NCBI GenBank assembly: GCA_023379265.1
Contig: JAMCUI010000004.1
Coordinates: forward strand, 9,273 to 73,272
Length of the DNA: 64,000 bases
Direction of reading: 5' to 3'
From: Patescibacteria group bacterium
GTDB taxonomy: Bacteria; Patescibacteriota; Microgenomatia; 2-02-FULL-39-11
Part shown: positions 9,605-17,788 of the stretch, piece after piece
Position numbering within the stretch: the stretch's first letter is position 1
Layout: each line of letters begins with the position of its first letter
The notes under the pieces: generated by a model
What the model was told of the DNA's origin: nothing
Database searches by the model: none
Seen by the model: only the letters and a program-made list of their open reading frames with translations
Position numbers and translations under genes: made by a program

Positions 9605-11588
9605 CCAGAGGTTTTCCCTGAACGAAATCAGGTATTTTTACTTTAAGGGCTTTCATGATAGTCGGGTACTGGTCAATCTGAACTGCCGGCGTATCACCCA
9701 AAAAGTTGTTTTTCTTTATCCCCGGGCCGGCTATGATAAACGGGGTCCACATCCCCGGATCGTCCTTTGCCAGGATGGCCTGTTTATATCCGGTAATCAA
9801 TGGGGAAGTGAAAACCTTCAAATCGTTTGACATCTCTTCATTCCAACCATAACCCGGGGCATTGGCTATCACCAAATCACCAATTCTTGAAGGATCAAGC
9901 TGCATAAATCTTTTGGCATCCTCCCACTTCACCACCTCTGCCACCGGCTTACTGCCGTCTTCATCCTTCAAGTTTTCCAAAGCGTCGATCACCTGGTTTC
10001 GCAGATATTCATACTCCGGACCGGAGGCACGGTGATAGTCTCCGGCCAAACCGTTGGGGTTTATATAAACATGCGCCATTTTAAGATAAATCACTTTTGA
10101 GTTTTTCCAGTCGATATTCGGTTCTCCTGTTTTGGGATCAATGGTGAATTTCAACCAGCCTTTCTGGGCAAAAAGGTTATTCAGATTCACGTTCCGGTTC
10201 AAGGGTACGGCACCATGGTCGGAACTGAAAACGATAACCGTATTTTTGCCGGAGACTTTTAAGATTTCACCGACTATATTATCCAGCTTCTTGTACATAC
10301 CCCGCACTTCACCCCAAAGCTTTTCCCTTTCCTTATCGGAAATGTCTTTATAATGTATGCTTTTGGGGTCAACATAACCCATCCACCAGCGGCTGGTAAG
10401 CATCTGGTTGGGGGTATAAATGTCCTGAATGACGACATTTGGCGAAAAGTCCTTCACCATGGCGCTTACTGCTTTTGTATGCCACTCAAACGACATATCA
10501 GCCTCATCCATAAATGTCTTTTTATCCTCAGGGTAGTATACCAACTGGGCCGGGAAATTATCGGCAAAATCGATCATAGGACCAACTGAATTCTCCATCG
10601 CACTTGCTGCCTCTGGAGGCTGGGCAATATACTGGTTCAAGTTGTCATAGTCTATCCTGATCCTGAAAAATTTATCGCTTCCCAGTTTTATTACAGTCGC
10701 CTTAAAATGCGTATCAACCGGAATGTCCTTATCGGTGGTAACCCAATGTAAAGTAATGGGAAGCCACCCAGACCATTTGCCGGGTGTCAAATCCGCCAGA
10801 ACATCTTTCTTATCCAGGGAAAAGAGAACATGATCATAGTCCGTTTTACCATTATCCGTCGAATCATAAACGAAAGCGTAAACGGGAGTACCCCAACCAT
10901 CCATTTTCACCTCATAAGGAGGTGAGAAACTTTTGGGAGTATTAACCCACCCTGAAGGAGAAACAGAATCGATGTATTTAGTCAACTCAGCACCAAAGAA
11001 AAAAAGGTGGACCGCCCGGCCCTGTAGAACTCTCTGAAGGAGATTCCCCTTTGTCTCAAAGTTTATGGCATTAAAATCTGCACCCCAACCTCCCCATCTT
11101 CCTCTTATTACTACCCCTTTTTGGATCTCAGGAGGAGTAGATCCGGGAACTGATAATACCGCAACTTTCATACCGGCATCCTCAAGTGTCTTCCAAATTG
11201 CCGGCACCTTTCTGGCAACCGACCTGAAACCGCCTACTGCTACCTTATCAAGAGGACTGCCAATGGCATGCATGGGGCCGTCATCCACACCATTCACCTC
11301 GGGATAGGCACCCGTGAGAAGTGCGGCAAAATTGACGGGAGTATGGGAAGGAAAAGTGGGAAACGAATATCCATAAGAACCCATCTCCATCAACTTTTTA
11401 ATATTGGGAAGCTTACCTTCCTTGGCCCATTTATAGATATTAAATAGTCCCGGCTCGGCACGGACACCATCCGGAATAAACCAGTAAAGCTTGAGAGTGT
11501 TTTGAGGCTGAGTTTTTGGAGAAATAACCTTTGATACACCAAAAATAATAAGAATCAATAAGATAATAACTGCGGCTGTCTTCTTCAT
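9591..11588 (-). CDS. type I phosphodiesterase / nucleotide pyrophosphatase (NPP) family protein, alkaline-phosphatase superfamily; secreted or anchored
   Basis: Signal/anchor MKKTAAVIILLILIIFGV. Motifs LYWFIPDGVRAEP ... FPTFPSHTPVNFAALLTG ... VIVFSSDHGA. Confidence 0.65.
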   Translation of the reverse strand: MKKTAAVIILLILIIFGVSKVISPKTQPQNTLKLYWFIPDGVRAEPGLFNIYKWAKEGKLPNIKKLMEMGSYGYSFPTFPSHTPVNFAALLTGAYPEVNGVDDGPMHAIGSPLDKVAVGGFRSVARKVPAIWKTLEDAGMKVAVLSVPGSTPPEIQKGVVIRGRWGGWGADFNAINFETKGNLLQRVLQGRAVHLFFFGAELTKYIDSVSPSGWVNTPKSFSPPYEVKMDGWGTPVYAFVYDSTDNGKTDYDHVLFSLDKKDVLADLTPGKWSGWLPITLHWVTTDKDIPVDTHFKATVIKLGSDKFFRIRIDYDNLNQYIAQPPEAASAMENSVGPMIDFADNFPAQLVYYPEDKKTFMDEADMSFEWHTKAVSAMVKDFSPNVVIQDIYTPNQMLTSRWWMGYVDPKSIHYKDISDKEREKLWGEVRGMYKKLDNIVGEILKVSGKNTVIVFSSDHGAVPLNRNVNLNNLFAQKGWLKFTIDPKTGEPNIDWKNSKVIYLKMAHVYINPNGLAGDYHRASGPEYEYLRNQVIDALENLKDEDGSKPVAEVVKWEDAKRFMQLDPSRIGDLVIANAPGYGWNEEMSNDLKVFTSPLITGYKQAILAKDDPGMWTPFIIAGPGIKKNNFLGDTPAVQIDQYPTIMKALKVKIPDFVQGKPLDVFN

Positions 11589-11665
11589 CTTTACTATTTA
11601 CCAAAGCATAAGATTTTATTCCGATAAATGTCAAGACGAAAAAAGAGGCATATAACAAGAGCCAA

Positions 11666-11690
11666 AATTTATCGGCAAGCCTTGCCGCCT
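11666..11690. terminator. short hairpin (cggcaa-gcc-ttgccg) between the pilin block and the NPP gene; weak terminator candidate
   Basis: Inverted repeat followed by a T-rich run on the + strand and by ATAAATTTT on the - strand. Confidence 0.3.
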
Positions 11691-11698
11691 TTTCATTT

Positions 11699-12229
11699 CT
11701 ACTGGTAATTCCTCAGAGATATCGTGCTTTGGTATTCCAAAGTATTATAACTACCAGGAGTGGGGGTCAAAGATGTCCCGCTGTAATTTACGGTATAGTT
11801 TATAAAAACATACTTTGGGGAAGTGGGAGGAGTAGGGCAGACTATGCGGAAATTGCATCCTGATACATCAACCTTGGAACTGGTCAGGGATACCATTCCT
11901 GTTGGGGTAGGATTCGGCCAGGCGGAAATAGAAGATATTTGATTTCCGCTGCTACAGTCAAACATTGTCGTGTTTCCATCGGGATTCGTAATGGTAAGCT
12001 GGCTGGTGTTTGAATTACATTGTATTTGCTGTATGTCTACAGCATTCCTTACCATAGATTCCATCACCGACATTGCAAAATCACCGTTTTGTTTAATTTC
12101 CTTCAGAGTCTCGCTTCTTGTCTGGGATTTTATTCCCAAAATAAATATCTGGGTGGTAATGATACCGATTATCCCAACCAAAGTGGTAACTATCAAAAGC
12201 TCTATCAGTGTAAAACCATTTTCTCTCAT
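11699..12229 (-). CDS. type IV pilin / pseudopilin with prepilin-type N-terminal cleavage/methylation domain
   Basis: N-terminus MRENGFTLIELLIVTTLVGIIGI has the G|FTLIE prepilin motif followed by a hydrophobic helix. Confidence 0.75.
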   Translation of the reverse strand: MRENGFTLIELLIVTTLVGIIGIITTQIFILGIKSQTRSETLKEIKQNGDFAMSVMESMVRNAVDIQQIQCNSNTSQLTITNPDGNTTMFDCSSGNQISSISAWPNPTPTGMVSLTSSKVDVSGCNFRIVCPTPPTSPKYVFINYTVNYSGTSLTPTPGSYNTLEYQSTISLRNYQ

Positions 12230-12258
12230 AATTATCTTATTTTCATATATTCTTTATC

Positions 12259-12762
12259 TTAATTCCAATTAGTCAAACATGACGATATGTCCACTTCAGG
12301 AGCTGGGGTTACACCCACAGCTCCTTTAGACCATTCCACTTTTGCCGTAATCTTATACGCCACGGGAGTGGGAGTTATTGTTGCTACCGGTAACGGACAG
12401 TCAGCGGGATTAGAACCGGAAATTTGAAGCGATTGGCCATAAGTTCCTGTCGGTGTAACCGGAACCGGAGTAAGGCCGCTGTTTATGTAGCAAGAGGAAA
12501 AACAGTTAGTAGTGAGAGAGCCCAGTCCGCCCGAATCCCGTATCACTCTTGCACGCTCGATCTGTTGGTTGGCAAGATTGGTAGCGATGCTCTTATTTTC
12601 CGAAAAGATAGAATTTCGTATGGCATATAGTTCAATAGCTGTAATACCGGACATAAACAGTATGATAAGAGTCAGCGCTACCAATACTTCAATCAGTGTT
12701 TGACCGCGTGTTATCAGACCTGCCGAGTCGGAAGCAACTCCTGTGCTAACATCAATGATCAT
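12259..12762 (-). CDS. pilin-like protein with an extended leader (MIIDVSTGVASDSAGLITRG|QTLIEVLVAL)
   Basis: G-QTLIE variant of the prepilin motif plus a hydrophobic helix. Its 5' end lies inside the 78-bp tandem repeat. Confidence 0.6.
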   Translation of the reverse strand: MIIDVSTGVASDSAGLITRGQTLIEVLVALTLIILFMSGITAIELYAIRNSIFSENKSIATNLANQQIERARVIRDSGGLGSLTTNCFSSCYINSGLTPVPVTPTGTYGQSLQISGSNPADCPLPVATITPTPVAYKITAKVEWSKGAVGVTPAPEVDISSCLTNWN

Positions 12763-12975
12763 AAACTTTAATATCTAAGGACACGGTGTTATCAGACCTG
12801 CCGAGTCGGAAGCAACTCCTGTGCTAACATCAATGATCATAAACTTTAATATCTAAGGACACGGTGTTATCAGACCTGCCGAGTCGGAAGCAACTCCTGT
12901 GCTAACATCAATGATCATAAACTTTAATATCTAAGGACACGGTGTTATCAGACCTGCCGAGTCGGAAGCAACTCC
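12709..12975. repeat. 78-bp tandem repeat, about 3.4 identical copies, spanning the junction of two pilin genes
   Basis: Unit starts at 12709, 12787, 12865 and 12943. Each unit carries, on the - strand, TAG, a 12-nt spacer and ATG with 20 further codons, giving the mini-ORF MIIDVSTGVASDSAGLITPCP*. Confidence 0.9.
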
Positions 12976-13527
12976 GGCAGAATTTATACTAATTCTGTAA
13001 TACCCGTCAGCCGGGGCATTTTTATTACTCATACAAATTACCGCCGGCTGACTTACTGTCCCAGAGTTTTCGGTAAACAATATCCTTGCTGTATCAGGCG
13101 GTGTAATATAAGGCGTCACTAAAACATCCTTGGAGAAAGTAAAATTTTGTGTAGAAAACTGGCTGCTACCACACTTGCCATATATTTGTTTATTTGTAAA
13201 GTCGACATACCACCCGTCCCATCCTGTTGAAGAGTCAGGAGAGCAATTGCATACGCTGCAGTCTATCTCACCATTATATGACCTGCTTTGGGCATCCCTC
13301 AAAATGTTTTTCATATTCTGACCTGCGGAAATGACCGTCTGTTTCTGGTTTAGTGTGGCATAGCCGGCAAAACTTACACCCAAAAGAAGAAATATGACCG
13401 TGACAACCACCAGGATCTCAATGAGGGTAAAACCACTCAACAGTTGTGAGTTGTTCCGCCGCTTGCGTGATCCCGCTGAGGCGGGATGAGTTGTAAGTTG
13501 TGAGTTATTTTTTATTTTTTGAGTCAT
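12931..13527 (-). CDS. type IV pilin-like protein with a long leader (…NNSQLLSG|FTLIEILVVV)
   Basis: Prepilin motif and hydrophobic helix. The C-terminus ...SAGVASDSAGLITPCP* is part of the 78-bp repeat. Confidence 0.75.
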   Translation of the reverse strand: MTQKIKNNSQLTTHPASAGSRKRRNNSQLLSGFTLIEILVVVTVIFLLLGVSFAGYATLNQKQTVISAGQNMKNILRDAQSRSYNGEIDCSVCNCSPDSSTGWDGWYVDFTNKQIYGKCGSSQFSTQNFTFSKDVLVTPYITPPDTARILFTENSGTVSQPAVICMSNKNAPADGYYRISINSAGVASDSAGLITPCP

Positions 13528-13573
13528 TTTATAAACTATTAACTAACAACCAACAACTTACAACCCAACCAAA

Positions 13574-14089
13574 TTAAGGATTTGTCACCTGATAATTACA
13601 ATTACTGCCACATAAAGTGCCCCCGGAATCGTTACAATAGGCACTTGAGGCACCGGTACTGCCGTTTTCCAAATGTGCACACAAATCGTAGTGCAATGAG
13701 TCAGTCTGGAGGTAATAATAAGCAAATGCAGGCGATTTGGGATCGGAAGGATACTTCGCTATATAACTGCTGTCCAGACTCGGTATGCCTGTAGTAGTAG
13801 GCAAGGGATAAGATGAATTTTCGGACTTATAGATCTCAAGGGCGGAGCGCACCTGTTCCAGATCGGATTTGCGCAAAGCATCCCGGCCGTTTCTTGTCAT
13901 GGCTTGATATCCGGTCACGCCGATTGTAGACAAAAGGGCAACAATTGTAGCTGCCACCAGAATCTCAATAAGTGTAAAACCGAACATCGGTTGTAAGTGG
14001 TGGGTGGTGGGCCCGCCGGCCGGCTCGTCTCGCGGTGAAGCGGGCGAGGCAGTTTGCGGGTAAACTCTGTTTGATTTGTTCTTTGACAT
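13574..14089 (-). CDS. type IV pilin-like protein (…MFG|FTLIEILVAATIV)
   Basis: Prepilin motif. I trimmed the start to Met9 of the track ORF so that it does not overlap the upstream stop at 14092-14094. The true start is uncertain. Confidence 0.65.
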   Translation of the reverse strand: MSKNKSNRVYPQTASPASPRDEPAGGPTTHHLQPMFGFTLIEILVAATIVALLSTIGVTGYQAMTRNGRDALRKSDLEQVRSALEIYKSENSSYPLPTTTGIPSLDSSYIAKYPSDPKSPAFAYYYLQTDSLHYDLCAHLENGSTGASSAYCNDSGGTLCGSNCNYQVTNP

Positions 14090-14091
14090 GT

Positions 14092-14580
14092 TTACTGCTG
14101 ATTTGAAACGCAAAAATAATTTGGGGACTCAGACTCAAGTCCTGTGCAGACGGTATAGGATGAGGTAGTACAGTTTGAAGCGCCGGGAGTCGGCCCACAG
14201 TAATATGGAGTCCCCTGGGGGTCAACCGGAACAGCGGGCATAATGCTTATCGGTGGAGTGGGACAATTTATAGCAGTAAAAAAGCTGTTTCCGCCTCCGG
14301 CAGGAGTGATATAAGCATAACCGCAAACGGAATAATACTGCTCCAGTGCAGATTGAACTTCCTTAATATCACTTTTTCTTTTGGCATCCCGTCCTTTTTT
14401 CTGGGCGCTTGAGAAGGATGTCAGGCCCATGGCGATAAGTACCGTAATTATGGAAATAACAACCAACAACTCAAGCAGGGTAAAACCATAGTTATCGTTA
14501 TGGATAGATTTCGATTTATAGTCTGAGACTGTTAATCTACCAAAGATTTGAGATTTGAGATTTGAGATTTGAGATTTCAT
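14092..14580 (-). CDS. type IV pilin-like protein (MKSQISNLKSQIFGRLTVSDYKSKSIHNDNYG|FTLLELLVV)
   Basis: Prepilin motif. The start is taken at the ATG immediately after the upstream gene's stop; ATG 14592 is an alternative. The leader contains a heptanucleotide repeat. Confidence 0.65.
   Translation of the reverse strand: MKSQISNLKSQIFGRLTVSDYKSKSIHNDNYGFTLLELLVVISIITVLIAMGLTSFSSAQKKGRDAKRKSDIKEVQSALEQYYSVCGYAYITPAGGGNSFFTAINCPTPPISIMPAVPVDPQGTPYYCGPTPGASNCTTSSYTVCTGLESESPNYFCVSNQQ
14545..14577. repeat. heptanucleotide simple-sequence repeat (GATTTGA)x4.7 on the + strand, equal to (TCTCAAA)n on the coding strand, in the first codons of a pilin gene
   Basis: gatttgagatttgagatttgagatttgagattt read directly from the sequence. 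Confidence 0.9.
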
Positions 14581-14581
14581 A

Positions 14582-15064
14582 TTAAGGTTCATGTATAGTA
14601 TAACTGTTTCCGGTACTAGTATTGCAAGGAGAAACAGGAGTGAGGTCTTTATCCGGATCCACAGCATTCTCAAGACAGGCAGAAAGAGCATATTGTGACG
14701 TACTGCCGGGATTATATATATAAGGTGTGCCTGTCAGGCTTCCCGGATCGCACGGAACTTTTCGCAAGTAAATATTTCCGCTACAGTTGGAGCTTGAAGA
14801 CCAGCACTGTCCGCATATGGAAGCCGGAAATGCGCCCGTTGTGGGATATCGCTGATATTGATCATTTAATTTATATAGTTCGAGGGCTTTTTGGATATTT
14901 GATAAATCACCTTTCCTTTCAGTGTCTCTAGCCCTTTCACGGGCTCCCATGAAATTGGGAAAGAGTACAGCAATTACCATGGAAATTATAGCTATCACCA
15001 CAAGAAGCTCGATAAGGGTAAAACCTGAATTCAGTTGTGAGTTGTTTTTTATTTTATTTATCAT
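14582..15064 (-). CDS. type IV pilin (MINKIKNNSQLNSG|FTLIELLVVIAIISMVIAVLF)
   Basis: Canonical prepilin leader and cleavage motif. C-terminal Cys pair. Confidence 0.85.
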   Translation of the reverse strand: MINKIKNNSQLNSGFTLIELLVVIAIISMVIAVLFPNFMGARERARDTERKGDLSNIQKALELYKLNDQYQRYPTTGAFPASICGQCWSSSSNCSGNIYLRKVPCDPGSLTGTPYIYNPGSTSQYALSACLENAVDPDKDLTPVSPCNTSTGNSYTIHEP

Positions 15065-15107
15065 GTCGTGAAACTGGCTACCTGCTACTTTCTACATATT
15101 ACATAAA

Positions 15108-15617
15108 TCACGGCGTAATATTTGGACTTGAAATTCCATAGTTGTAATACACTGAGCCACCAACTGGACAGGCGACTGTCGGTATAATTTGGGAGTCTTC
15201 CTGGTTCTCCAAATGGGCATACAGCTTGTAATAAGTGCCGGACGCATCAGACGAATAACAATAAGCATATCCCGGGGAAGCCGGATCCTGGGGGAGTTTC
15301 TGCATATACACTACAGATGAGTTACCGGGATTTGACAAAGGTGACCCCCAGGCGGGAAACTGTGTTTCGTTGGGATAAGACCTCATATCATTATAATAAA
15401 GCTCAAGAGACTTGGAGGTAAGTGAAAGATCCTGTTTTCGCCTGGCATCTCTACCTTTTATGATAGAAGTGAAGAAATTTCCCCAAAGAGCACCACTGAC
15501 AATTGCTATAATTGCCATAGCTATAATAAGTTCCAGGAGTGAAAAACCTGACAGATAAATTTTATTTTTTTCCTTCCTGTTTATCCTAACCGTCTTCAAT
15601 TTTTCTCTTGTGACCAT
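15108..15617 (-). CDS. type IV pilin-like protein (…KIYLSG|FSLLELIIAMAIIAIV)
   Basis: Prepilin motif and hydrophobic helix. Confidence 0.75.
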   Translation of the reverse strand: MVTREKLKTVRINRKEKNKIYLSGFSLLELIIAMAIIAIVSGALWGNFFTSIIKGRDARRKQDLSLTSKSLELYYNDMRSYPNETQFPAWGSPLSNPGNSSVVYMQKLPQDPASPGYAYCYSSDASGTYYKLYAHLENQEDSQIIPTVACPVGGSVYYNYGISSPNITP

Positions 15618-15665
15618 TTTTATGAAACTAACTCTTAAACACTCATTTTTGGCTGCAAAAAATAT

Positions 15666-16436
15666 TCAAAACCCCATAAATTTTATGGAAAAAGACCATA
15701 TGCTATATCCGAATAGAAGAGAAACATAAGTGGCTGCCGCAAGAAAAGGACCAAAAGGTATAGTGCTTTTCATTTTTTTCTTACCCTTTATTACCAGTAT
15801 CAGGGAAAAGACCGCTCCTGTCAAGAAAGCCAGGTAAAAAGAAACTATGACAGCAGGGTAACCGAGCACAAGTCCCATGGCAAAAGCAAACTTCACGTCT
15901 CCCAACCCCATACCTTTACCTTTAGTGGCAACAGTCAGAAGGAGGAAAATCAAAAAAGCCGCCAAAGCGGAAAAGAAATTGTTTAAGAACTGGTTGATAT
16001 CAAAAAAAAATAGATATAAAAAACCTGATATCACCATCAGAAGTACTATCTGATCAGGAATTATCCTGTATTTAAGGTCCGCACCAAAAACCACAATCAG
16101 ACATCCTGTGAGCAACAACCAATATAAAAACTGGAAATCGCTTACCCCAATATTCTGAGAAAAAAGTACATACGCCGTAAAAGAAAGGAAAAATCCAGTG
16201 AAGATTTCCGATAGGGGATACTGCCTTGATATTTTTTTACCGCAATATCTGCATTTTGCGCTAAGAGCAACAAAGGAAAATACTGGAATAAGATCGTACC
16301 ATGCCAATTTGTGCCGGCAAAAGTCGCAATGCGACCTTCCTGAAATCACATTTTCACCTTTAGGCAACCGGTCAATAAGCACATTCAGGAAAGAACCAAT
16401 GAACAGTCCAGCGATAAAAATAATGAGTATCATCAT
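15666..16436 (-). CDS. pilD: prepilin peptidase (A24 family)
   Basis: N-terminal LIDRLP plus CDFC...CRYC zinc motif and polytopic membrane domains. Confidence 0.85.
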   Translation of the reverse strand: MMILIIFIAGLFIGSFLNVLIDRLPKGENVISGRSHCDFCRHKLAWYDLIPVFSFVALSAKCRYCGKKISRQYPLSEIFTGFFLSFTAYVLFSQNIGVSDFQFLYWLLLTGCLIVVFGADLKYRIIPDQIVLLMVISGFLYLFFFDINQFLNNFFSALAAFLIFLLLTVATKGKGMGLGDVKFAFAMGLVLGYPAVIVSFYLAFLTGAVFSLILVIKGKKKMKSTIPFGPFLAAATYVSLLFGYSIWSFSIKFMGF

Positions 16437-17788
16437 TTTTCTCTATATTTATTTTTTTTATTTCCCGCCTCCGACGCCATCCATAAAATAATCATATCAG
16501 TAACAAAATAGGATTCGTTTATGAATGTATAGCGGAATAAAATATAAAAAACCGAATAAAAAATTGCGACGGACAATAAAACAGCCGTCAAAATTTCATC
16601 ATTTTTTTTATATCCGGCAATTGCCGCATATAAGTTTTTTACCAAGAAGACCAATACCGCTAAAACAACGATTATCGTCACGAAAAACGGAATATCCCGG
16701 TTATAAAAAACGTTGTATAAGGCGTTCAGGCTCATTGCCCTGGGATATGGTATCCACCAATTCTGCTTGTTTGAATAAAAAAATCCGCCGATAGTCTGGA
16801 TAAAGAAAATTTTCGGGTCGGCAATAAAAAATGGAGAAACCGTAACTAAAATGACGGCTACAGAAGCATAAAAAAACTTTTTCACTTTCTTAAAGAGAGG
16901 GAATAAAAAAGGGTAAAGCACAACATAAACAGGTTTTATTCCAACCAACAACCCGAATATTAAACCGCCAAAAATCGTCTTATCAATCCTCCTGGAGCTA
17001 AACTTTTGCGAAAGAATATAAAAAGTAAGAACCAAAAAGAAGAATTCCATTTCCACGAGCCATGACTGCTCGACAATAAAAAGGGAATTTGGCCTGAATA
17101 GATAAATTAACGACAATGATTCAGAAACAATACTTCTTCCACCAATAAGATAAATCAGCAAGGCACTGCCTATTTCTAAAATGGCAAAAAGCAATCTGGG
17201 ATCGCCAAAAAGGGCAACAAACGGAATCTGAAGGAGAAATGACACCGGCCAGTAAGCAAAATAATTGCTGGGTACTCCGGCATACACTTGGGAGTAATGC
17301 GTATTGTAAGGATTTAGGCCTGAAAGTACTTTCATCGGGGCTTCCTTTAATATAGTAAACACATCTATAGTAGGAGATGGAGATGCTATAATTATCAAAA
17401 TCCTAAAAGCCAACGCGGCCAAAAGCAGGAAAACATACCGTAATCTCCTGTCTTTTGCCTGAAAATTATATTGAGGAACAATATAGGACAAAATGACAGG
17501 GAATATGAAAAGGGGCAAAAACTGAAGAATGGCCGATGAAATAAAATCCGTCTGATAAATTCCGCCCGAAAAAAACATAAATAATGAATATGAGACAACA
17601 AGAGAATAAAGCGCTAACGTTTCAGAATTTGATACATCCTTATTGATTTTATTTCTGTAAAAATAGACTATAAAAAGGAGAAATAAAACTGAGACGGCAA
17701 TTAAAATTCCGGCAAAACTCAAGAAACCTCTGTTAAAAGTAGTGACTATTATGGATAAAAAGACAATAATAAAGCTTAGGTTTGCCAT
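16433..17788 (-). CDS. polytopic membrane protein, possible GT-C-type glycosyltransferase
   Basis: About 12 predicted TM helices. No soluble-domain motif recognised. Start codon overlaps pilD (ATGA). Confidence 0.45.
   Translation of the reverse strand: MANLSFIIVFLSIIVTTFNRGFLSFAGILIAVSVLFLLFIVYFYRNKINKDVSNSETLALYSLVVSYSLFMFFSGGIYQTDFISSAILQFLPLFIFPVILSYIVPQYNFQAKDRRLRYVFLLLAALAFRILIIIASPSPTIDVFTILKEAPMKVLSGLNPYNTHYSQVYAGVPSNYFAYWPVSFLLQIPFVALFGDPRLLFAILEIGSALLIYLIGGRSIVSESLSLIYLFRPNSLFIVEQSWLVEMEFFFLVLTFYILSQKFSSRRIDKTIFGGLIFGLLVGIKPVYVVLYPFLFPLFKKVKKFFYASVAVILVTVSPFFIADPKIFFIQTIGGFFYSNKQNWWIPYPRAMSLNALYNVFYNRDIPFFVTIIVVLAVLVFLVKNLYAAIAGYKKNDEILTAVLLSVAIFYSVFYILFRYTFINESYFVTDMIILWMASEAGNKKNKYREK

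Noticed and set aside
14092-14691. Longer 199-aa version of the pilin starting at 14691
   Set aside because: The extension overlaps the upstream pilin's coding region by 110 nt in another frame. The ATG at 14580 or 14592 gives a normal prepilin.
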